Source: an uncultured Telmatospirillum sp.
GTDB taxonomy: Bacteria; Pseudomonadota; Alphaproteobacteria; Rhodospirillales; Magnetospirillaceae
DNA: 43,385 nt
NCBI GenBank assembly: GCA_903858635.1
Contig: CAIOJO010000219.1
Span: 1-43,385 of the forward strand
Direction: 5' to 3'
Shown: one piece after another, positions 18,791-30,967 of the stretch
Layout: the number at the start of each line of letters is the position of its first letter
Position numbering within the stretch: position 1 is the stretch's first letter
Notes under the pieces: model-generated
Told to the model about the DNA's origin: nothing
Database searches by the model: none
What the model saw: only the letters and a program-made list of their open reading frames with translations
Program-made: the position numbers and the translations under genes

Positions 18791-21700
18791 CCTGGCGCGC
18801 GGGTCGGCGGCGCGACCTCCTGGCGCGGCTCGGTGAGGAGGCGGGACGGCTGGTGCCCAGCGGCGCGGTAGCGGTCGACCAGCCGCTGATGAGCGCCGGC
18901 ATGACCTCGTTGCGCCTGGTCGAACTGGTCAGCCGGCTCAACACCGCCCTCGACCTGTCGCTGGCGGCCACCTTCCCGTTCGAATATCCGACGCTGGAGG
19001 ACATGGCCGAGGCCCTGCTCGGCATGCGCATCGCAAGCCAGGCGGAAGGCCCGGGCCCGACACAAGACTCTGGGGCGGGCGTTCCGCTTCGTGGCGAGGA
19101 TCGTCCGGGAGAGCCGATCGCCGTCATCGGCATCGGCTGCCGCCTGCCCAACGGCATCGACGGTCCCGACGCGTTGTGGAAACTTCTCGCCGAGGGCCGC
19201 GACACCGTCGGCCAGCCACCGGCCGGGCGCTGGCCCGACCCCTCGGCCGCCCCGGCGCCGGGATCCTGGCTGGCCGATCTCGACTTGTTCGACCACCGGC
19301 TGTTCCAGCTGTCGCCGGCCGAGGCCGCTGTCCTCGATCCCCAGCAGCGGCTGCTGCTGATGGTGAGCTGGCAGGCCTTCGAGGATGCCGGCATCGACCC
19401 GTTGGGTCTGCGCGGCAGCCGCACCGCGGTGTTCACCGGAATCACCAATCTCGACCAAGCCCGCTCCCAGGCCCGGGCCGGGCGCGAGGCGATGACCGGG
19501 CCTTACGCGGTGACCGGCGTATCGGCCAGCGTCGCTTCGGGCCGGCTGTCCTTCGTCTACGGTCTGGCCGGACCCAATCTCGCCATCGATACCGCCTGTT
19601 CTTCCGGGCTGGTGGCGGCGCATCAGGCGATGCGCAGTCTGCGGGCCGGCGAATGCGACCTCGCCCTGGCCGCCGCGGTCAATCTGATCCTGGTGCCCGA
19701 CACCCAACTGGGGCTTCAGGCGATGAACGCCCTGTCCCCCGACGGGCGCTGCAAGGCGTTCGACGCCCATGCCGACGGCTACGGCCGGGGCGAAGGCTGC
19801 GTCGTCCTGGTGATGAAGCGCCTGGCCGATGCAGTACGGGACGACGATCGGGTCCTGGGACTGCTGCAGGGCAGCGCCGTCAACCACGACGGCCGCAGCA
19901 GCGGGCTGACGGCGCCCAACGGCGCGGCGCAGCAGGCCGTCCTGCGGGCCGCCCTGGCCGACAGCGGCCTGGCCGGCAGCGCCATCGATTATGTCGAAGC
20001 CCATGGTACCGGCACGCCCCTGGGCGACCCGATCGAAGCCAATGCGCTGGGCGCCGTGTTCGGCGAAGACCGCCCGGCCGATCTGCCGCTGCTGGTGGGG
20101 TCGGTAAAGACCAATATCGGCCATCTCGAAGCGACAGCGGGTCTGGCCGGGCTGGTCAAGCTGCTGCTCGCCCTCGAGCATGGCCGCATCCCGCCCTCGC
20201 TGCATTTCAGCGAACCGAACCCGACCATTCCCTGGTCCGCCTTGGCGCTCGAGGTCACTGCCCAGGCGGTCGCCTGGACGGCCGGCCAGGACCGCCCCCG
20301 CCGGGCCGGGGTCAGCGCCTTCGGTTTCAGCGGCACCAATGTCCATGTCATCGTCGAGGAGGCAGCCGTCCCGGCGCCGCCGGCCAGGGTCGCCGGCCTT
20401 CCCCTGCTGCTGCCCTTGTCAGCGCGCAGCGACGCGGCCTTGGCCGCCATGGCCAAGACGACGGCCGCCGAACTGGCCGGCGCCGACGACGGCCGCCTCG
20501 TCGACCTCGCCTACACCCTGGCCACCGGACGCGCCGCCCTCGACCGGCGGATCGCGGTGGTCGGCCGCAGCAGCGCCGACCTTGCCGGCCGCCTCGAAGC
20601 GGCGGCGGCCAGACCGCAGCCGCCGGCCAGCGGCACGCCGGAGGTGATCTTCGCCTTTCCCGGGCAGGGTTCGCAAATGGCCGGGATCGCCGGCGAACTG
20701 CTCGCCCTGTCGCCGATCTTCCGCGACACCGTGGCCCGCGCCGATGCGGTCCTGGCACCCCGCCTCGGCCGGTCGCTGACCACGCTGCTGGCCGAATCCT
20801 GCAACGCCGCCGATTTGGCCCGCACCGGCCTCACCCAGCCGGTGGTGGTCGCCCTCGGCGTCGCGCTGGCGGCAATGCTTGAAGATTGGGGTATCCGGCC
20901 AACCGCCGTGCTGGGCCATTCGGTCGGCGAGATCGCCGCCGCCATCCATGCCGGAGCGATCGCCTTCGAGTCCGGCCTGGTCTTTGCCGCCGAACGGGGT
21001 CGGCTGATGGAGGGGCTGCCGGAAGGCGGCGCCATGGCGGCGGTGGTCGCCAGCGAGGACGAAGTGCGGGCGCTGCTCGACTCCGATCTCGCCCAAGATC
21101 TGGCCATCGCCGCCTTCAACGCCCCCAATCAGCTCACCATCTCCGGGCCGGCCGCGGCGCTGTCGGCATTCCGCGAACGCGCCTCGGCGCGCCACCTGCG
21201 GGTGGTGCCGCTGGCGGTGTCCCATGCCTTCCATTCGCCGCTGATCGAACCGGCCCTGCCCGAGCTCGCCCGCCTCGCGGCGCAATTGGTACCGGGCCGG
21301 CCGCGCCTGCCGGTCCATTCGACGCTGACCGGCGGCCTGATCGATCCCGCCGCCCTGACCGATCCCGATCATTGGCTGCGCCATGCCCGCCAGCCGGTGC
21401 GCTTTGCCGAAGCGCTGGGCTCGATTCCGCTGCGACCCGGGGCCTGCCTGATCGAACTCGGCGCCCGGCCGGCGTTGGGGCCGCTGGCGGCGCAGACGCA
21501 GCCTGATCTGCTCTGCCTGCCCGGCGCCAGTCAGGACGGCCTGGCTGTGGCGATGCTGGATTGCGCCGCCGCCCTGTTCATCGCCGGCACCGCCCTCGAC
21601 TGGCCGAGGCTTTACGCCGGCATTGGCGGCCGCCGGGTGCGGGCGCCCGGCTATGCCTTCGTCGAGCCGGTGCCGGCGGCTTCCCTGTTCACCGCGTCGG

Positions 21701-24700
21701 CGCCCCCGCCGTCCACCGGCGCAGGCAACGATCGAACGGTGACGGCGACGGTCACCGCCTTGCCCGTGACGGCGCCCGGCGCGACACCGCGTCCGGCGCG
21801 CCTGGCGGCGCGGCTGGTGGCGCTGGTGGCGGCGATCAGCGGGCTGCCCCCGGCCGACATCCCGCCGCGGACCAACTGGTTCGGATTCGGCCTCGATTCG
21901 CTGCTGCTGGTGCAGATCCAGCACGCGGTGAACCGGGAATTCGGCCTCGCCCTCACCCTGGCCGACCTGCTCAAGGACGGCGACAGCGTCGACGCCCTGG
22001 CCGGCCTGCTCGACCGCAGCCTGCCGGCCGAAGTCGTGCCGGCCGCGCTGCCGCCGGCCGCCGCCGCCGGGCCGGCATTGCCTGGCGATGTCGGCAGCTT
22101 GATGGCGCAGCAGGTCGAGGCGATGAGCCGGTTGTTCGCGCAGCAGCTCGACACCCTGAAGGACCTTGGCCGGGAAACTCCGGCGACGGCGGCCCCGCCG
22201 CCCGCGGCGAAGCCGAAGACCGGGCCGGAAGCGGGATCCGGCATCGAGATCAAAGGCCTGTTCCGCAAGATGCCGGCCCGGCGCGACGACTTCACCGGCG
22301 ACCAGATCGCCCATTTCGACCGGCTGGCGGTGCAATACGGGGCGCGGACCAAAGGTTCGAAGGACCACACCCAACGCCATCGCGGCCACTATGCCAACCC
22401 CCGCGCCATCATCGGCTTTCGCCCGGAATGGAAGGAGATGACCTATCCGCTCACCGTCGAGCGGGCGGAAGGGGCCCATGTCTTCGACGTCGACGGCAAT
22501 CGCTATGTCGACATCACCATGGGTTTCGGCGCCATCCTGCTTGGCCATACGCCCCCTTTCGTCGCGGCGGCAATCACCGCCGAGCTGGGGCGCGGCGCCC
22601 CGCTCGGACCGCAATCGCCCAAGGCCGGTGAACTCGCCGCGGTGATCGCCGAACTGACCGGAGTCGAGCGGGTGGCCTTCTTCACCACCGGCTCGGAAGC
22701 GGTGATGGTGGCGGTCCGCCTGGCCCGCTCGGTCACCGGCCGGCGCAAGATCGTGTTGTTCACCGGCGCCTATCACGGCACCTTCGACGGCGTGCTGGCC
22801 GCCGGTTGGGCGGACGGCGACAGCCTGGTCACTATTCCGGTCACCGACGGCACCCCGCAAAGCCTGGTCGACGACACCATCGTCCTGCGTTACGGCGACC
22901 CGGGCGCCCTCGACCGCATCCGGGCCCATGCCCAGGACATCGCCGCGGTGCTGGTGGAGCCGGTGCAAAGCCGCGACCCCGCCCTCCAACCCCACGACTT
23001 CCTGCATGCGCTGCGCGGCCTGACCCGGGACGCCGGCATCGCCCTGATCTTCGACGAGGTGATCCTCGGCTTCCGCGTCCATCCCGGCGGCGCCCAGGCC
23101 CATTTCGGCATCGAGGCCGATATGGTCACCTATGGCAAGATCGTCGGCGGCGGCCTGCCGATCGGCGTGGTCGCCGGCCGCCGGCAGTTCCTCGACGCGG
23201 TCGATGGCGGTGCCTGGTCCTATGGCGACGATTCGCTGCCGGCAGCGCGCACCGCTTTCGTCGCCGGCACCTTCAACGGCCACGCACTGTCGATGGCCGC
23301 CGGCCTGGCTGTGCTCGATCATCTGCGCAGCGCCGGCCCCCGGCTGCAGCAACGGCTGAACGAACGCACCGCCCAGTTCTGCGCCGAACTCGACGGCTTC
23401 TTCGCCGCCGAGCGGGTGCCGATCCGCATGGCGCATTTCTCCTCGCTGTTCCGCTTCGAGTTCACTCCGGGGACCGAACTTCTCAACACCCATCTGCTGA
23501 ACAACGGCGTGTTCGTCTGGGAGGGCCGCAACTGCTTCCTCTCCACCGCCCATGACGATGCCGATCTCGCCACCATCGTCGCGGCGGTGCGTCACGGCGT
23601 CGCCGAGATGCGCCGGGACCTGATGATCCCGGTGGCGGAGACGCCGGCCGAACCGGACGCGCCGATCCCCCTGTCGCAGGTGCAGCGCGAGATCTTCTTC
23701 CTGGCCGCCGCCAACGAAGCGGCCGGGCGCGCCTATCACGAAATGGTGGCGCTCGACCTGCAGGGCCCCTTCGACGCCGGCGCCATGGATCGCGCCGTCC
23801 GCCGCCTGGCGGCACGCCACCAGGCGCTGGGCATGGCCGCCGTCGACGGCGAGACCTGGCGGCCGGCCGCAGCCCCGTTGTCGCTGCCGGCCGCCAGCGA
23901 GATTGGCCCGGCGCCCGAAGCGCTGCGCCAGGCGCTGGCCGCGGAGATCGACCGGCCCTTCGATCTCGCCGCCGGTCCGCTGCTGCGCTTGGCCCTGCTG
24001 CGGCGGGGCCCGGACCATCATTGCCTGGCTCTGACCGCCCATCACATCGCCGTCGACGGCTGGTCGCTGGGCCTGCTGACCGGCGAGCTGGGCGCCCTGT
24101 ACGGGGCCGAGCGGCAGGGACAGCCCCTGGATCTACCGCCCGCCGCGCCGTTCGGCGAATTCGTGCAGTGGGCCGCCCAACTGGCGCCCGCCGCTGCCGG
24201 CAAGCGTCTGCCGCCGCTCGACTTGCCGGCGCTGGGGGCGGCGGACGACAGCGGCCGGGCCCGGCGGCTGCATCGCCGCGATCCGGCGGCGCCCGACGGG
24301 GGCCGGCTGTTGGCCCAGCTCAAGCGCTTCGCCCGCGACCAGGGCGCCAGCCCGTTCGCCGTCCTGCTGGCCGCCTTCACCGCCTTTTTCGGCCGCTTGG
24401 CCGGCCAGGGCAGCTTCGCCGTCGGCATGCCCTATGCCGGCCACGCCGCCGCCGGATTGCCGGTCATGGTCGGCCAGGCCTCGGTAATCCTGCCGATCCC
24501 GGTGAGGCTGGACCCCGCGCTGAATTTTGCCGAGCATTTGCGCCACAGCAGCGACGCCCTGGCCGAGGCGCTGCAGGGCGCCCTCGATCTGATGCGCCCC
24601 GGCACCCCGGTGCGCGCGCCGATCACCGCCTTGGTCAACATGGATCGCGGTGTCGAGGTGACCTTCGACGGGCTGACGGTGGACTGGGTATCGGCGCCGG

Positions 24701-27700
24701 CGATCCGCGCCAAGCACGGCCTGTTCCTCAACCTGCTCGAGTTCAACGGCAGCGCGCTGTTCGATTTCGATTGCGACGGCGCAATCGCCGATGCCGAAAC
24801 CGCCGAACTGTGGTTCGACGGCCTGCTCGCCCTGCTGGCCGCCGCCATCGCCACGCCGCAGATGGCGCTGGGCGCCCTGCCGATGCCGGCGGTCGCCGAC
24901 CGGACCCGGCCGGCGGATCGCCCGCGGCACCGCCGGCCCCGCAACATCGAACCGCCCGCCACGGCGGAAGAGGCCCGGCTGGCGGCGATCTGGGCCGAGG
25001 CCCTCGGCCTGGAGGAGGTCGGCGTTACCGAATCCTTCTTCGATCTCGGCGGCCACAGCCTGGCCGGGCTGGCCATCCTCAGCACCATCGAGCGGCAGAC
25101 CGGCCGCAGGGTGCCGATTCGCCTGTTCTTCGAAGGACCGTCGGTGCGGGCGCTGGCGGCGGCCCTCGGCCGGACGGAAGACCCAGCCCCGGCCATCCGA
25201 CCGACGCCGGAAGCAGCCGATTACCCTGCTTCCAATGCCCAGGCGCGGCTGTGGATGCTCGAACAGCTCAATCCCGGGCTCACCGCCTATAACGTCGGGA
25301 TCGGGCTATGGAGTCCGGCGCCACTGGATCCGGCGGTGGTCCGCCGCAGCCTGGCGCGGTTGGCGGAGCGCCATGAAAGCTTGCGCACCGCCCTGATCGA
25401 GCGGGATGGGCTGCCGCGCCAGAAGATTGCCGCAACCATCGCCCTGCCGCTCGCCGAACGGGCCGTCGCCGACCGGGCCGCCGCCATCCTGGAGGCGCAG
25501 GCCCTGGCCGCCGCCCCGTTCGACCTGGCGGAAGCGCCCCTCTGGCGGGCCCTGCATCTGAAGCTCCCGAACCAGGACTGCCTGCTCCTGGTGCTCCACC
25601 ACAGCATTTGCGACGTCTGGTCGATGACGGTCCTGGTCCGCGACTTCGTCGCCTTTGCCCAGGGGGCCGATCCGTCGCCCCTGCCGATCCAGTTTCGCGA
25701 TTACGCGGCCCAACCGCAGCGACCGACAGACAGCGATCCCGATCTCGCTTATTGGCGGGACCAGCTTGCCGGGCCACCGGCCTTCCTCACTCTGCCGAGC
25801 GACCATCCGCGCCCGGCCGTCAAGGGTTACGACGGCGCCCGGGTCCGCACCAGACTATCGGCGGCGATGGCCGAACGCGTGCGGGCACTGGCGGCGGACC
25901 ACGGCACCAGCCTGTTCGTGGTGCTGGCGGCAGCGCTCAAGGCATTGCTGCATCACCGCACCGGCGAGAGCGACCTCACCATCGGCACGGTGGTGGCCGG
26001 GCGGGAACAGGCCCTGCTCGACGATCAGATCGGTTTCTTCGTCAACACCCTGCCGCTGCGCGACCGCATCGACCCCAAGGCCGGCTTCGACCGGCTGGTG
26101 GCGCAGCTGCGCCGGACGGTGCTGGAAGCATTCGAGCATCAAGCGGTGCCTTTCGAGCAGATCGTCGAGGCCTTGCCGCGCGACACGGCGCGCAACCCGC
26201 TGTTCGAGATCATGCTGGTGATGGACGACCGCCAAGGCATCCGTGCCGCCGGAGCGCCGCTCGGACTGGAACCCTTCGAGATCGAATTGCCGACCGCCCA
26301 ATTCGACGTCACCCTCTACGTCACCGACGAGCCCGCCTTCATCGACCTGCACACCGTCTACAACAGTCGCCTGTTCAAGGAAGAGCGCATCGCGGCGTTG
26401 ATGGCGGATTTCGGCCTGCTGCTCGACCAGGTCACCGAGCAACCCGAGACTCCGGTGGCGGCATTGGCGTCCACAACCGTCCTCGCCAACAGCCATCAGG
26501 AGCGCCTGTGGTTCGTCGACCGCTTCGAGCGGGGCGTGCTCTACCCGTCCGGCCCCACCTACTACAATATGCCGCTGGCGGTGGAAATTGCCGCCGGCTT
26601 CGATGGCGACCGCCTGCGGCAGGCGCTGGCAGAACTGTCCGGGCGCCATCCGGCGCTGCGCACCGCCTTCCTCGAAGACAGCGAGACTCCGCTGCTCCGT
26701 GTTGCCCGGCAAGGCGATCCGGTGCCGCTGCGGGAGCTGTCTTCGGTGGCCGATCCCCTTGCCGCCGTCATCGCCGAATCCCAGGTGCCGTTCCGCCTGG
26801 CCACCGCCCCCCTGTGCCGCGCCATCCTGGCCCGCCGGCCGGACGGCAGCGGTCTGTTGGCGCTCGCCGCCCATCACGCGGTGACCGATCCGGTGGGTCT
26901 GCGGCACCTGCTGGCCGATCTGCTGGCGCTGACCGCCGATCCCGCCGCCCCGCCGCCGGCGCCGGCCACCGAACCCGTAACGGCTGTCGACGAGGCCGAA
27001 GCCGCCGCCTATTGGCATGAGGCGCTGGCCGGTGCGGCCCCCTTGGTCCTGCCGACCGACCGGCCGCGGCCGGGAATCCACCTCTACGAAGCCGGGCGCA
27101 CCGCCTTCACCCTGCCCGCCGCCCTGCTGCGTCGGCTCGATGCCGCGGCCAGCGAGCGCGGGCTGGCCCGCTGCGACCTGCTGCGCGCCGCCTTCCAGAC
27201 CCTCCTGCACCGCTTGTCCGGTCAGAGTGATATCGTCCACGGGGAACCGCTGCATCGGGCCCATTTCCCCGCCAATCTGCTGGTACTGCGGAGCGATCCG
27301 GGCGCCGCAGCGAGCCTCGCGGCACTGGCCGCCCGGGGGCGGGTCGAACGCGCCGCGGCCGAACGGCATGGGGCAATGGCCTTCGACCGCGTCGTACTGG
27401 CCGTCAAACCGCAGAACGATATGAGCCGCACCGCCCTGTTCGACGTGCTGTTCGACGACGGAGAGGGAGAGCTTGCCGGACTGGCCGACCCCAGCTTGAT
27501 CGATCCGGGTCTGGGCTGGGGCAAATACGATCTCGTGCTCTGCTTGCGGGGCGCCGGCGAGGACCTGTCGGTCAGTCTGGTCTTCAACCGGCTGTTGTTC
27601 GACGACGCCAGCGCCGACCGCATCGCCGAATTGTTCCGCCGACTGGCCGAGGCGGCAGCGAACGACCCGGACGCGCCGCTGGCGTCGGTCGACCTGCTCG

Positions 27701-30700
27701 GAGCGGCGGCACGCTTTGCCCTGGCCGAGTCGCTGGCGGTGCCGGCCCCGCAGCGGACGGATGCGACGATTCCCAGCCTGTTCCGGGCGGTGGCCGCGGC
27801 GCGCGGCGAGGCCATCGCCGTAACCGACGGCGAGCGCCAGATCAGCTATCGCCAACTCGACCGTGCCGCCCAGGCCATCGCCGCCCGCTTGCGCGCCGCC
27901 GGCATTGGCCGGGACAGTCGCGTCGGGGTGATCATGGAACGCGGCGCCGAACTGATCGCCGCCTTCCTCGGTATCCTCGACGCCGGCGCCGCCTATGTGC
28001 CGATCGATCCCGAGCTGCCCCCGGACCGCATCCGCTTCGTGATCGCCGATGCCGGCCTTGGCGCCCTTTGTGTCGCCGCCGGGACGGGAACCGGGTTGCA
28101 ACAGCTGGACGTCGCCCTGCCGGTCGTCGCAATCGACCGGGTGGAAATGCTGGTGGCAACCCCGGCGCCGCCGGCGGCGCCGGGAACCAGCGATTCCGCC
28201 CCCGAGGATCTCGCCTATGTGATCTACACCTCGGGCTCCACCGGCCAACCCAAGGGGGTGGCCATCGAACATCGCAACGTCGTCCAGCTGCTGTTTCAGG
28301 ACGGCCTTCCCTTCCGCTTCGATGCCGCCGATGTGTGGACCTTGTTCCATTCGCCCAGCTTCGACTTCTCGGTGTGGGAAATGTACGGCGCCCTCCTGTT
28401 CGGCGGCCGGCTGGTGGTGGTCAGGCGCCATCAGGCGGCCGACCCGGCGGCGATGGTCCGCCTGCTGGCGGGCGAGGGCGTGACCGTGCTCAATCAGACC
28501 CCGACGGCATTCCAGGGCCTGAGCGAAGCGGCCCTGGCCGAGGCGCCGCAGCCCCTCGCCCTGCGTTTGGTGATCTTCGGCGGCGAAGCGCTGCAGCCGG
28601 CCGGGCTGGCGCGCTGGCGGGACCGCTACCCGGCGGTGCGGCTGGTCAATATGTACGGCATCACCGAAACCACCGTCCATGTCACCTGGGCGGAGATCGG
28701 CGACGCCGAGATCGCCACCGGTCAATGCCTGATCGGCAGGCCGCTGCCGACCTATGGCCTGGTGCTGGTCGATACGGCGCTGCGCCCGGTGCCGGACGGC
28801 CTGCCCGGGGAAATCTGCGTTACCGGGCCTGGCCTGGGGCGCGGCTATCTCAACCGGCCGGAGCTGACCGCCGAGCGTTTCCTCGCCCTGCCGGATTTCC
28901 CCGGTCGTCGCTTCTATCGCTCCGGCGATCTCGCCTGGCGGCGTGGCGACGGGGCGCTGATCTACCTCGGCCGCCGCGACGACCAGGTGAAGATTCGCGG
29001 CTTCCGCATCGAGTTGGCCGAGATCGAGCGGCAGCTTCTGGGACAGGCCGAAATCCGTCAGGCGGTGGTGCTGCCGGAACCGTCCGATGGCGGCCGCAGC
29101 CTGACCGCCTGGCTGGTCGCCGCCTCCGCCCTCGCCGGCGGCCTGAATGGCGAGACGGTCCACCGCCATCTCGGCGACAAGCTGCCGGCCTATATGATTC
29201 CCTCGCGCTTCGTCGAGTTGCCGGCCATACCGCTGACCCGCAACGGCAAGATCGATCGGCGGGCACTCGGCGGCGCCTCCGGCCGCGTCCTCGCCACCGT
29301 GCGCGGCGGCGCACCGGCAACGGATGGACTCGAACGGACCATCGCCACCATCTGGCAGGAAATTCTTGGCGGAGCCCTGCCGGGCCGCGAGGATAATTTC
29401 TTCCTGTTGGGCGGCCACAGCCTGCAGGCCAACCAGGCGGTGGTGCGCCTGCGCCGCGCCTGCGGCTGCGCCCTGAGCCTCAAGGATTTCTTCAGCGCAC
29501 CCTCGCTCGGCGCCTTGGCCACCCTGATCCGCTCCGGCGCGGCGCAGGCGGGCGGCGACCAGCCGCAGACGATCACCCGCGCCGAAGCCATTGAGGGCAG
29601 TTATCCGTTGTCGCCGGCGCAGCGCCGCTTGTGGTTGCTGCAATCGCGGGACCCGCGGACCCTCGCCTACAACATGGTGGGAGCCTTCCGGATCGACGGA
29701 GCCCTGGACCGCGAAACGCTTGCCCGCGCCTTCGCCCAACTGCTCGCCCGCCATGAAGTGTTGCGCAGCCGTTTCGTCGAACGGCGCGGCGAACCCCGCC
29801 AGGTTGTCCTGCCCGCGCCGGCGAAGTTTGCCCTGCCCTCGACCGTGGTGGCGGCAGCCGATCTCGACCAAGCCATCGATCGGGTGGTGGCCGAGGAACT
29901 GCGCCATGTTTTCGATCTCGGCCGCGGCCCGCTGCTGCGCGCCCGGCTGATCGCCGCCGCCGGCAGCAACGGCGAGGGCCATTACGGGCTGGTTCTCAAT
30001 ATGCACCATATCGTCGCGGACGGCTGGTCGGTGACCGTGCTGCTGAACGATCTCGCCCGCCTTTACGGCGGCGGCGACCTGCCGCCCCTTCCCGTCCAAT
30101 ACAAGGATTATGCCGCCTGGCAAACCGCACTGCTGGCCGACGGCAGCCTGGCCACCCAGCGCGCCTATTGGCATGCCCGCTTCGAGGATGAACCGGCGCC
30201 GCTCGACCTGCCGCTCGACCGTCCGCGAGCGGCCCAGCCGAGCCAGGCCGGCGCTTTGCTGCAGGTCCGCCTCGAACCGGCACTGGCGGCAGCGCTGGAA
30301 GCAAGGGCACGGGCCGCGGATTGCAGCTTGTTCATGCTGCTGCTGGCGATTCTCCAGGTGCAGCTGCATGCCCTTTCCGGCGCCGACGAAGTGGTCATCG
30401 GCACCCCGGTGGCCGGGCGCAACCATGTCGATCTCGAGGCGCAGATCGGCTTTTATCTCAACCTGCTGCCGCTGCGGCTCGGCCTCGGCGGCGCCAGCCG
30501 CTTCTCCGAGCTGTTGGCCAGCGCCCGCGCCGTCGCTCTCGACGCCTTCGCCCACCAGGATTATCCCTTCGACCGCCTGGTGGAAGAGCTCGCCCCCGTC
30601 CGCATCCCCGGCCGCCAGCCGCTGTTCGACCTGCTGCTGATCCTCCAGAACAACGATCCACCGCGACTGGCGCTGCCCGGGGCACGGACGGAATTGCTGC

Positions 30701-30963
30701 GCGATGCCACGGTGAGCGCCAAATACGACCTCAATTACATGTTCGAGCGGGATGATGGACTGTCGCTGACCATCGAATATGCGACCGAGTTGTTCGACGC
30801 CCCGACCGTCGAACGCTTTGCCGCCGAATTCCAGCGCATCGCCGCCATCGTCGCCGTGGACGGCGATGCGTCGCTGGCCCCTTTGTTGGCCGGCGGCAGG
30901 GTTGTCGCCGAGGCCGCTTTCCTGGGTTCGGCCGCCCCGGCGGCACGGGGCGAGGACTGGTAG
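17074..30963 (+). CDS. Hybrid FAAL-PKS-aminotransferase-NRPS megasynthase. Domain order: FAAL-ACP-KS-AT-ACP-AMT-C-T-C-C*-A-T-C.
   Basis: See the domain features below. The preferred start ATG at 17074 ([14 protein letters not shown]...) resembles FAAL N-termini and overlaps the autotransporter stop by 11 nt. The alternative in-frame ATG at 17026 (MSPPPPPP) has its Shine-Dalgarno too close. Confidence 0.95.
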   Translation: MLSEGPVTTLVEAITAQRRNDRVLALVSGTGRTTRRTFAELYADAARTLAWLTASGLRPGDELVLLMEDYPRFVGTFWACLLGGIICVPVSPPTTADIALRIHRILDVLASPWLMASAPMRERLAAAEGQRQEPMQGRMLDPPTLDETAPLAEARPASADDIAFIQFSSGSTGQPKGVVLTHANLLANIAAIKAGAKLEETDRLANWMPLTHDFGIIWFHIMPMVLGLDHALIPTPLFVRNPQIWLRTIDSFKATVSAAPNFAYRHLLKHLRKEMRRDWRLDSLRLITNGAEPISVGLARSFEAEFAGDGLRAGVITAAYGLAEGTLLVTMAEPGTGLREIGVDRRALSAGDRVRPLPNREDPDRAAFAEVGRPAPGVAVRIAGQADTPCDEGIVGRIQIRGPCVTPGYYRNEQATRAVMTTDGWLDTGDLGFIEDGSLCVTGRRKDVVILGGANYYPPDIERAAADVPGLDLNMVLACAVPVGEGEGLALFALFRQPIEQFPELARQLRDAVVRQIGVPVDYCLPVTQIPRTTSGKVQRYRLAEDFKAGVFAAEIAALEGFERSAYAPLRDAWRAGRRRDLLARLGEEAGRLVPSGAVAVDQPLMSAGMTSLRLVELVSRLNTALDLSLAATFPFEYPTLEDMAEALLGMRIASQAEGPGPTQDSGAGVPLRGEDRPGEPIAVIGIGCRLPNGIDGPDALWKLLAEGRDTVGQPPAGRWPDPSAAPAPGSWLADLDLFDHRLFQLSPAEAAVLDPQQRLLLMVSWQAFEDAGIDPLGLRGSRTAVFTGITNLDQARSQARAGREAMTGPYAVTGVSASVASGRLSFVYGLAGPNLAIDTACSSGLVAAHQAMRSLRAGECDLALAAAVNLILVPDTQLGLQAMNALSPDGRCKAFDAHADGYGRGEGCVVLVMKRLADAVRDDDRVLGLLQGSAVNHDGRSSGLTAPNGAAQQAVLRAALADSGLAGSAIDYVEAHGTGTPLGDPIEANALGAVFGEDRPADLPLLVGSVKTNIGHLEATAGLAGLVKLLLALEHGRIPPSLHFSEPNPTIPWSALALEVTAQAVAWTAGQDRPRRAGVSAFGFSGTNVHVIVEEAAVPAPPARVAGLPLLLPLSARSDAALAAMAKTTAAELAGADDGRLVDLAYTLATGRAALDRRIAVVGRSSADLAGRLEAAAARPQPPASGTPEVIFAFPGQGSQMAGIAGELLALSPIFRDTVARADAVLAPRLGRSLTTLLAESCNAADLARTGLTQPVVVALGVALAAMLEDWGIRPTAVLGHSVGEIAAAIHAGAIAFESGLVFAAERGRLMEGLPEGGAMAAVVASEDEVRALLDSDLAQDLAIAAFNAPNQLTISGPAAALSAFRERASARHLRVVPLAVSHAFHSPLIEPALPELARLAAQLVPGRPRLPVHSTLTGGLIDPAALTDPDHWLRHARQPVRFAEALGSIPLRPGACLIELGARPALGPLAAQTQPDLLCLPGASQDGLAVAMLDCAAALFIAGTALDWPRLYAGIGGRRVRAPGYAFVEPVPAASLFTASAPPPSTGAGNDRTVTATVTALPVTAPGATPRPARLAARLVALVAAISGLPPADIPPRTNWFGFGLDSLLLVQIQHAVNREFGLALTLADLLKDGDSVDALAGLLDRSLPAEVVPAALPPAAAAGPALPGDVGSLMAQQVEAMSRLFAQQLDTLKDLGRETPATAAPPPAAKPKTGPEAGSGIEIKGLFRKMPARRDDFTGDQIAHFDRLAVQYGARTKGSKDHTQRHRGHYANPRAIIGFRPEWKEMTYPLTVERAEGAHVFDVDGNRYVDITMGFGAILLGHTPPFVAAAITAELGRGAPLGPQSPKAGELAAVIAELTGVERVAFFTTGSEAVMVAVRLARSVTGRRKIVLFTGAYHGTFDGVLAAGWADGDSLVTIPVTDGTPQSLVDDTIVLRYGDPGALDRIRAHAQDIAAVLVEPVQSRDPALQPHDFLHALRGLTRDAGIALIFDEVILGFRVHPGGAQAHFGIEADMVTYGKIVGGGLPIGVVAGRRQFLDAVDGGAWSYGDDSLPAARTAFVAGTFNGHALSMAAGLAVLDHLRSAGPRLQQRLNERTAQFCAELDGFFAAERVPIRMAHFSSLFRFEFTPGTELLNTHLLNNGVFVWEGRNCFLSTAHDDADLATIVAAVRHGVAEMRRDLMIPVAETPAEPDAPIPLSQVQREIFFLAAANEAAGRAYHEMVALDLQGPFDAGAMDRAVRRLAARHQALGMAAVDGETWRPAAAPLSLPAASEIGPAPEALRQALAAEIDRPFDLAAGPLLRLALLRRGPDHHCLALTAHHIAVDGWSLGLLTGELGALYGAERQGQPLDLPPAAPFGEFVQWAAQLAPAAAGKRLPPLDLPALGAADDSGRARRLHRRDPAAPDGGRLLAQLKRFARDQGASPFAVLLAAFTAFFGRLAGQGSFAVGMPYAGHAAAGLPVMVGQASVILPIPVRLDPALNFAEHLRHSSDALAEALQGALDLMRPGTPVRAPITALVNMDRGVEVTFDGLTVDWVSAPAIRAKHGLFLNLLEFNGSALFDFDCDGAIADAETAELWFDGLLALLAAAIATPQMALGALPMPAVADRTRPADRPRHRRPRNIEPPATAEEARLAAIWAEALGLEEVGVTESFFDLGGHSLAGLAILSTIERQTGRRVPIRLFFEGPSVRALAAALGRTEDPAPAIRPTPEAADYPASNAQARLWMLEQLNPGLTAYNVGIGLWSPAPLDPAVVRRSLARLAERHESLRTALIERDGLPRQKIAATIALPLAERAVADRAAAILEAQALAAAPFDLAEAPLWRALHLKLPNQDCLLLVLHHSICDVWSMTVLVRDFVAFAQGADPSPLPIQFRDYAAQPQRPTDSDPDLAYWRDQLAGPPAFLTLPSDHPRPAVKGYDGARVRTRLSAAMAERVRALAADHGTSLFVVLAAALKALLHHRTGESDLTIGTVVAGREQALLDDQIGFFVNTLPLRDRIDPKAGFDRLVAQLRRTVLEAFEHQAVPFEQIVEALPRDTARNPLFEIMLVMDDRQGIRAAGAPLGLEPFEIELPTAQFDVTLYVTDEPAFIDLHTVYNSRLFKEERIAALMADFGLLLDQVTEQPETPVAALASTTVLANSHQERLWFVDRFERGVLYPSGPTYYNMPLAVEIAAGFDGDRLRQALAELSGRHPALRTAFLEDSETPLLRVARQGDPVPLRELSSVADPLAAVIAESQVPFRLATAPLCRAILARRPDGSGLLALAAHHAVTDPVGLRHLLADLLALTADPAAPPPAPATEPVTAVDEAEAAAYWHEALAGAAPLVLPTDRPRPGIHLYEAGRTAFTLPAALLRRLDAAASERGLARCDLLRAAFQTLLHRLSGQSDIVHGEPLHRAHFPANLLVLRSDPGAAASLAALAARGRVERAAAERHGAMAFDRVVLAVKPQNDMSRTALFDVLFDDGEGELAGLADPSLIDPGLGWGKYDLVLCLRGAGEDLSVSLVFNRLLFDDASADRIAELFRRLAEAAANDPDAPLASVDLLGAAARFALAESLAVPAPQRTDATIPSLFRAVAAARGEAIAVTDGERQISYRQLDRAAQAIAARLRAAGIGRDSRVGVIMERGAELIAAFLGILDAGAAYVPIDPELPPDRIRFVIADAGLGALCVAAGTGTGLQQLDVALPVVAIDRVEMLVATPAPPAAPGTSDSAPEDLAYVIYTSGSTGQPKGVAIEHRNVVQLLFQDGLPFRFDAADVWTLFHSPSFDFSVWEMYGALLFGGRLVVVRRHQAADPAAMVRLLAGEGVTVLNQTPTAFQGLSEAALAEAPQPLALRLVIFGGEALQPAGLARWRDRYPAVRLVNMYGITETTVHVTWAEIGDAEIATGQCLIGRPLPTYGLVLVDTALRPVPDGLPGEICVTGPGLGRGYLNRPELTAERFLALPDFPGRRFYRSGDLAWRRGDGALIYLGRRDDQVKIRGFRIELAEIERQLLGQAEIRQAVVLPEPSDGGRSLTAWLVAASALAGGLNGETVHRHLGDKLPAYMIPSRFVELPAIPLTRNGKIDRRALGGASGRVLATVRGGAPATDGLERTIATIWQEILGGALPGREDNFFLLGGHSLQANQAVVRLRRACGCALSLKDFFSAPSLGALATLIRSGAAQAGGDQPQTITRAEAIEGSYPLSPAQRRLWLLQSRDPRTLAYNMVGAFRIDGALDRETLARAFAQLLARHEVLRSRFVERRGEPRQVVLPAPAKFALPSTVVAAADLDQAIDRVVAEELRHVFDLGRGPLLRARLIAAAGSNGEGHYGLVLNMHHIVADGWSVTVLLNDLARLYGGGDLPPLPVQYKDYAAWQTALLADGSLATQRAYWHARFEDEPAPLDLPLDRPRAAQPSQAGALLQVRLEPALAAALEARARAADCSLFMLLLAILQVQLHALSGADEVVIGTPVAGRNHVDLEAQIGFYLNLLPLRLGLGGASRFSELLASARAVALDAFAHQDYPFDRLVEELAPVRIPGRQPLFDLLLILQNNDPPRLALPGARTELLRDATVSAKYDLNYMFERDDGLSLTIEYATELFDAPTVERFAAEFQRIAAIVAVDGDASLAPLLAGGRVVAEAAFLGSAAPAARGEDW
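18840..19040 (+). other. Carrier protein 1 (ACP).
   Basis: [15 protein letters not shown]; phosphopantetheine-attachment Ser context. Confidence 0.6.
19111..20360 (+). other. Ketosynthase (elongating).
   Basis: The Cys-His-His triad is intact: [33 protein letters not shown]. Confidence 0.85.
20641..21620 (+). other. Acyltransferase, malonyl-type.
   Basis: FPGQGSQ, GHSVGE, and HAFHS (an HAFH motif typical of malonyl-CoA specificity). Confidence 0.8.
21790..22020 (+). other. Carrier protein 2 (ACP).
   Basis: [14 protein letters not shown]. Confidence 0.65.
22290..23620 (+). other. Class III PLP aminotransferase (AMT) domain, the beta-amino-forming domain seen in iturin/mycosubtilin-type synthetases.
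   Basis: [42 protein letters not shown], and the PLP-Lys region [13 protein letters not shown]. Confidence 0.8.
23668..24900 (+). other. Condensation domain C1.
   Basis: [10 protein letters not shown]...; HHIAVDGWS. Confidence 0.8.
24955..25170 (+). other. PCP with no cognate A domain in cis.
   Basis: [30 protein letters not shown] sits directly between C1 and C2. There is no room for an A domain of about 500 aa. Confidence 0.75.
25219..26470 (+). other. Condensation domain C2.
   Basis: [13 protein letters not shown]...; HHSICDVWS (HHxxxD present, the Gly replaced by Val). Confidence 0.75.
26479..27760 (+). other. Second, contiguous C-like domain (C*) with a degenerate active-site motif.
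   Basis: [12 protein letters not shown]...YYNMPLAV... follows C2 directly without a carrier. The motif is HHAVTDPVG instead of HHxxxDG. Confidence 0.65.
27770..29275 (+). other. Adenylation domain A1.
   Basis: [72 protein letters not shown]. Confidence 0.85.
29320..29540 (+). other. PCP.
   Basis: IWQEILGG...[11 protein letters not shown]. Confidence 0.75.
29593..30960 (+). other. Condensation domain C4 at the C-terminus of gene 1; it forms a split module with the A-T at the start of the second NRPS.
   Basis: [13 protein letters not shown]...; [10 protein letters not shown]. Confidence 0.8.
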
Positions 30964-30967
30964 CCCC

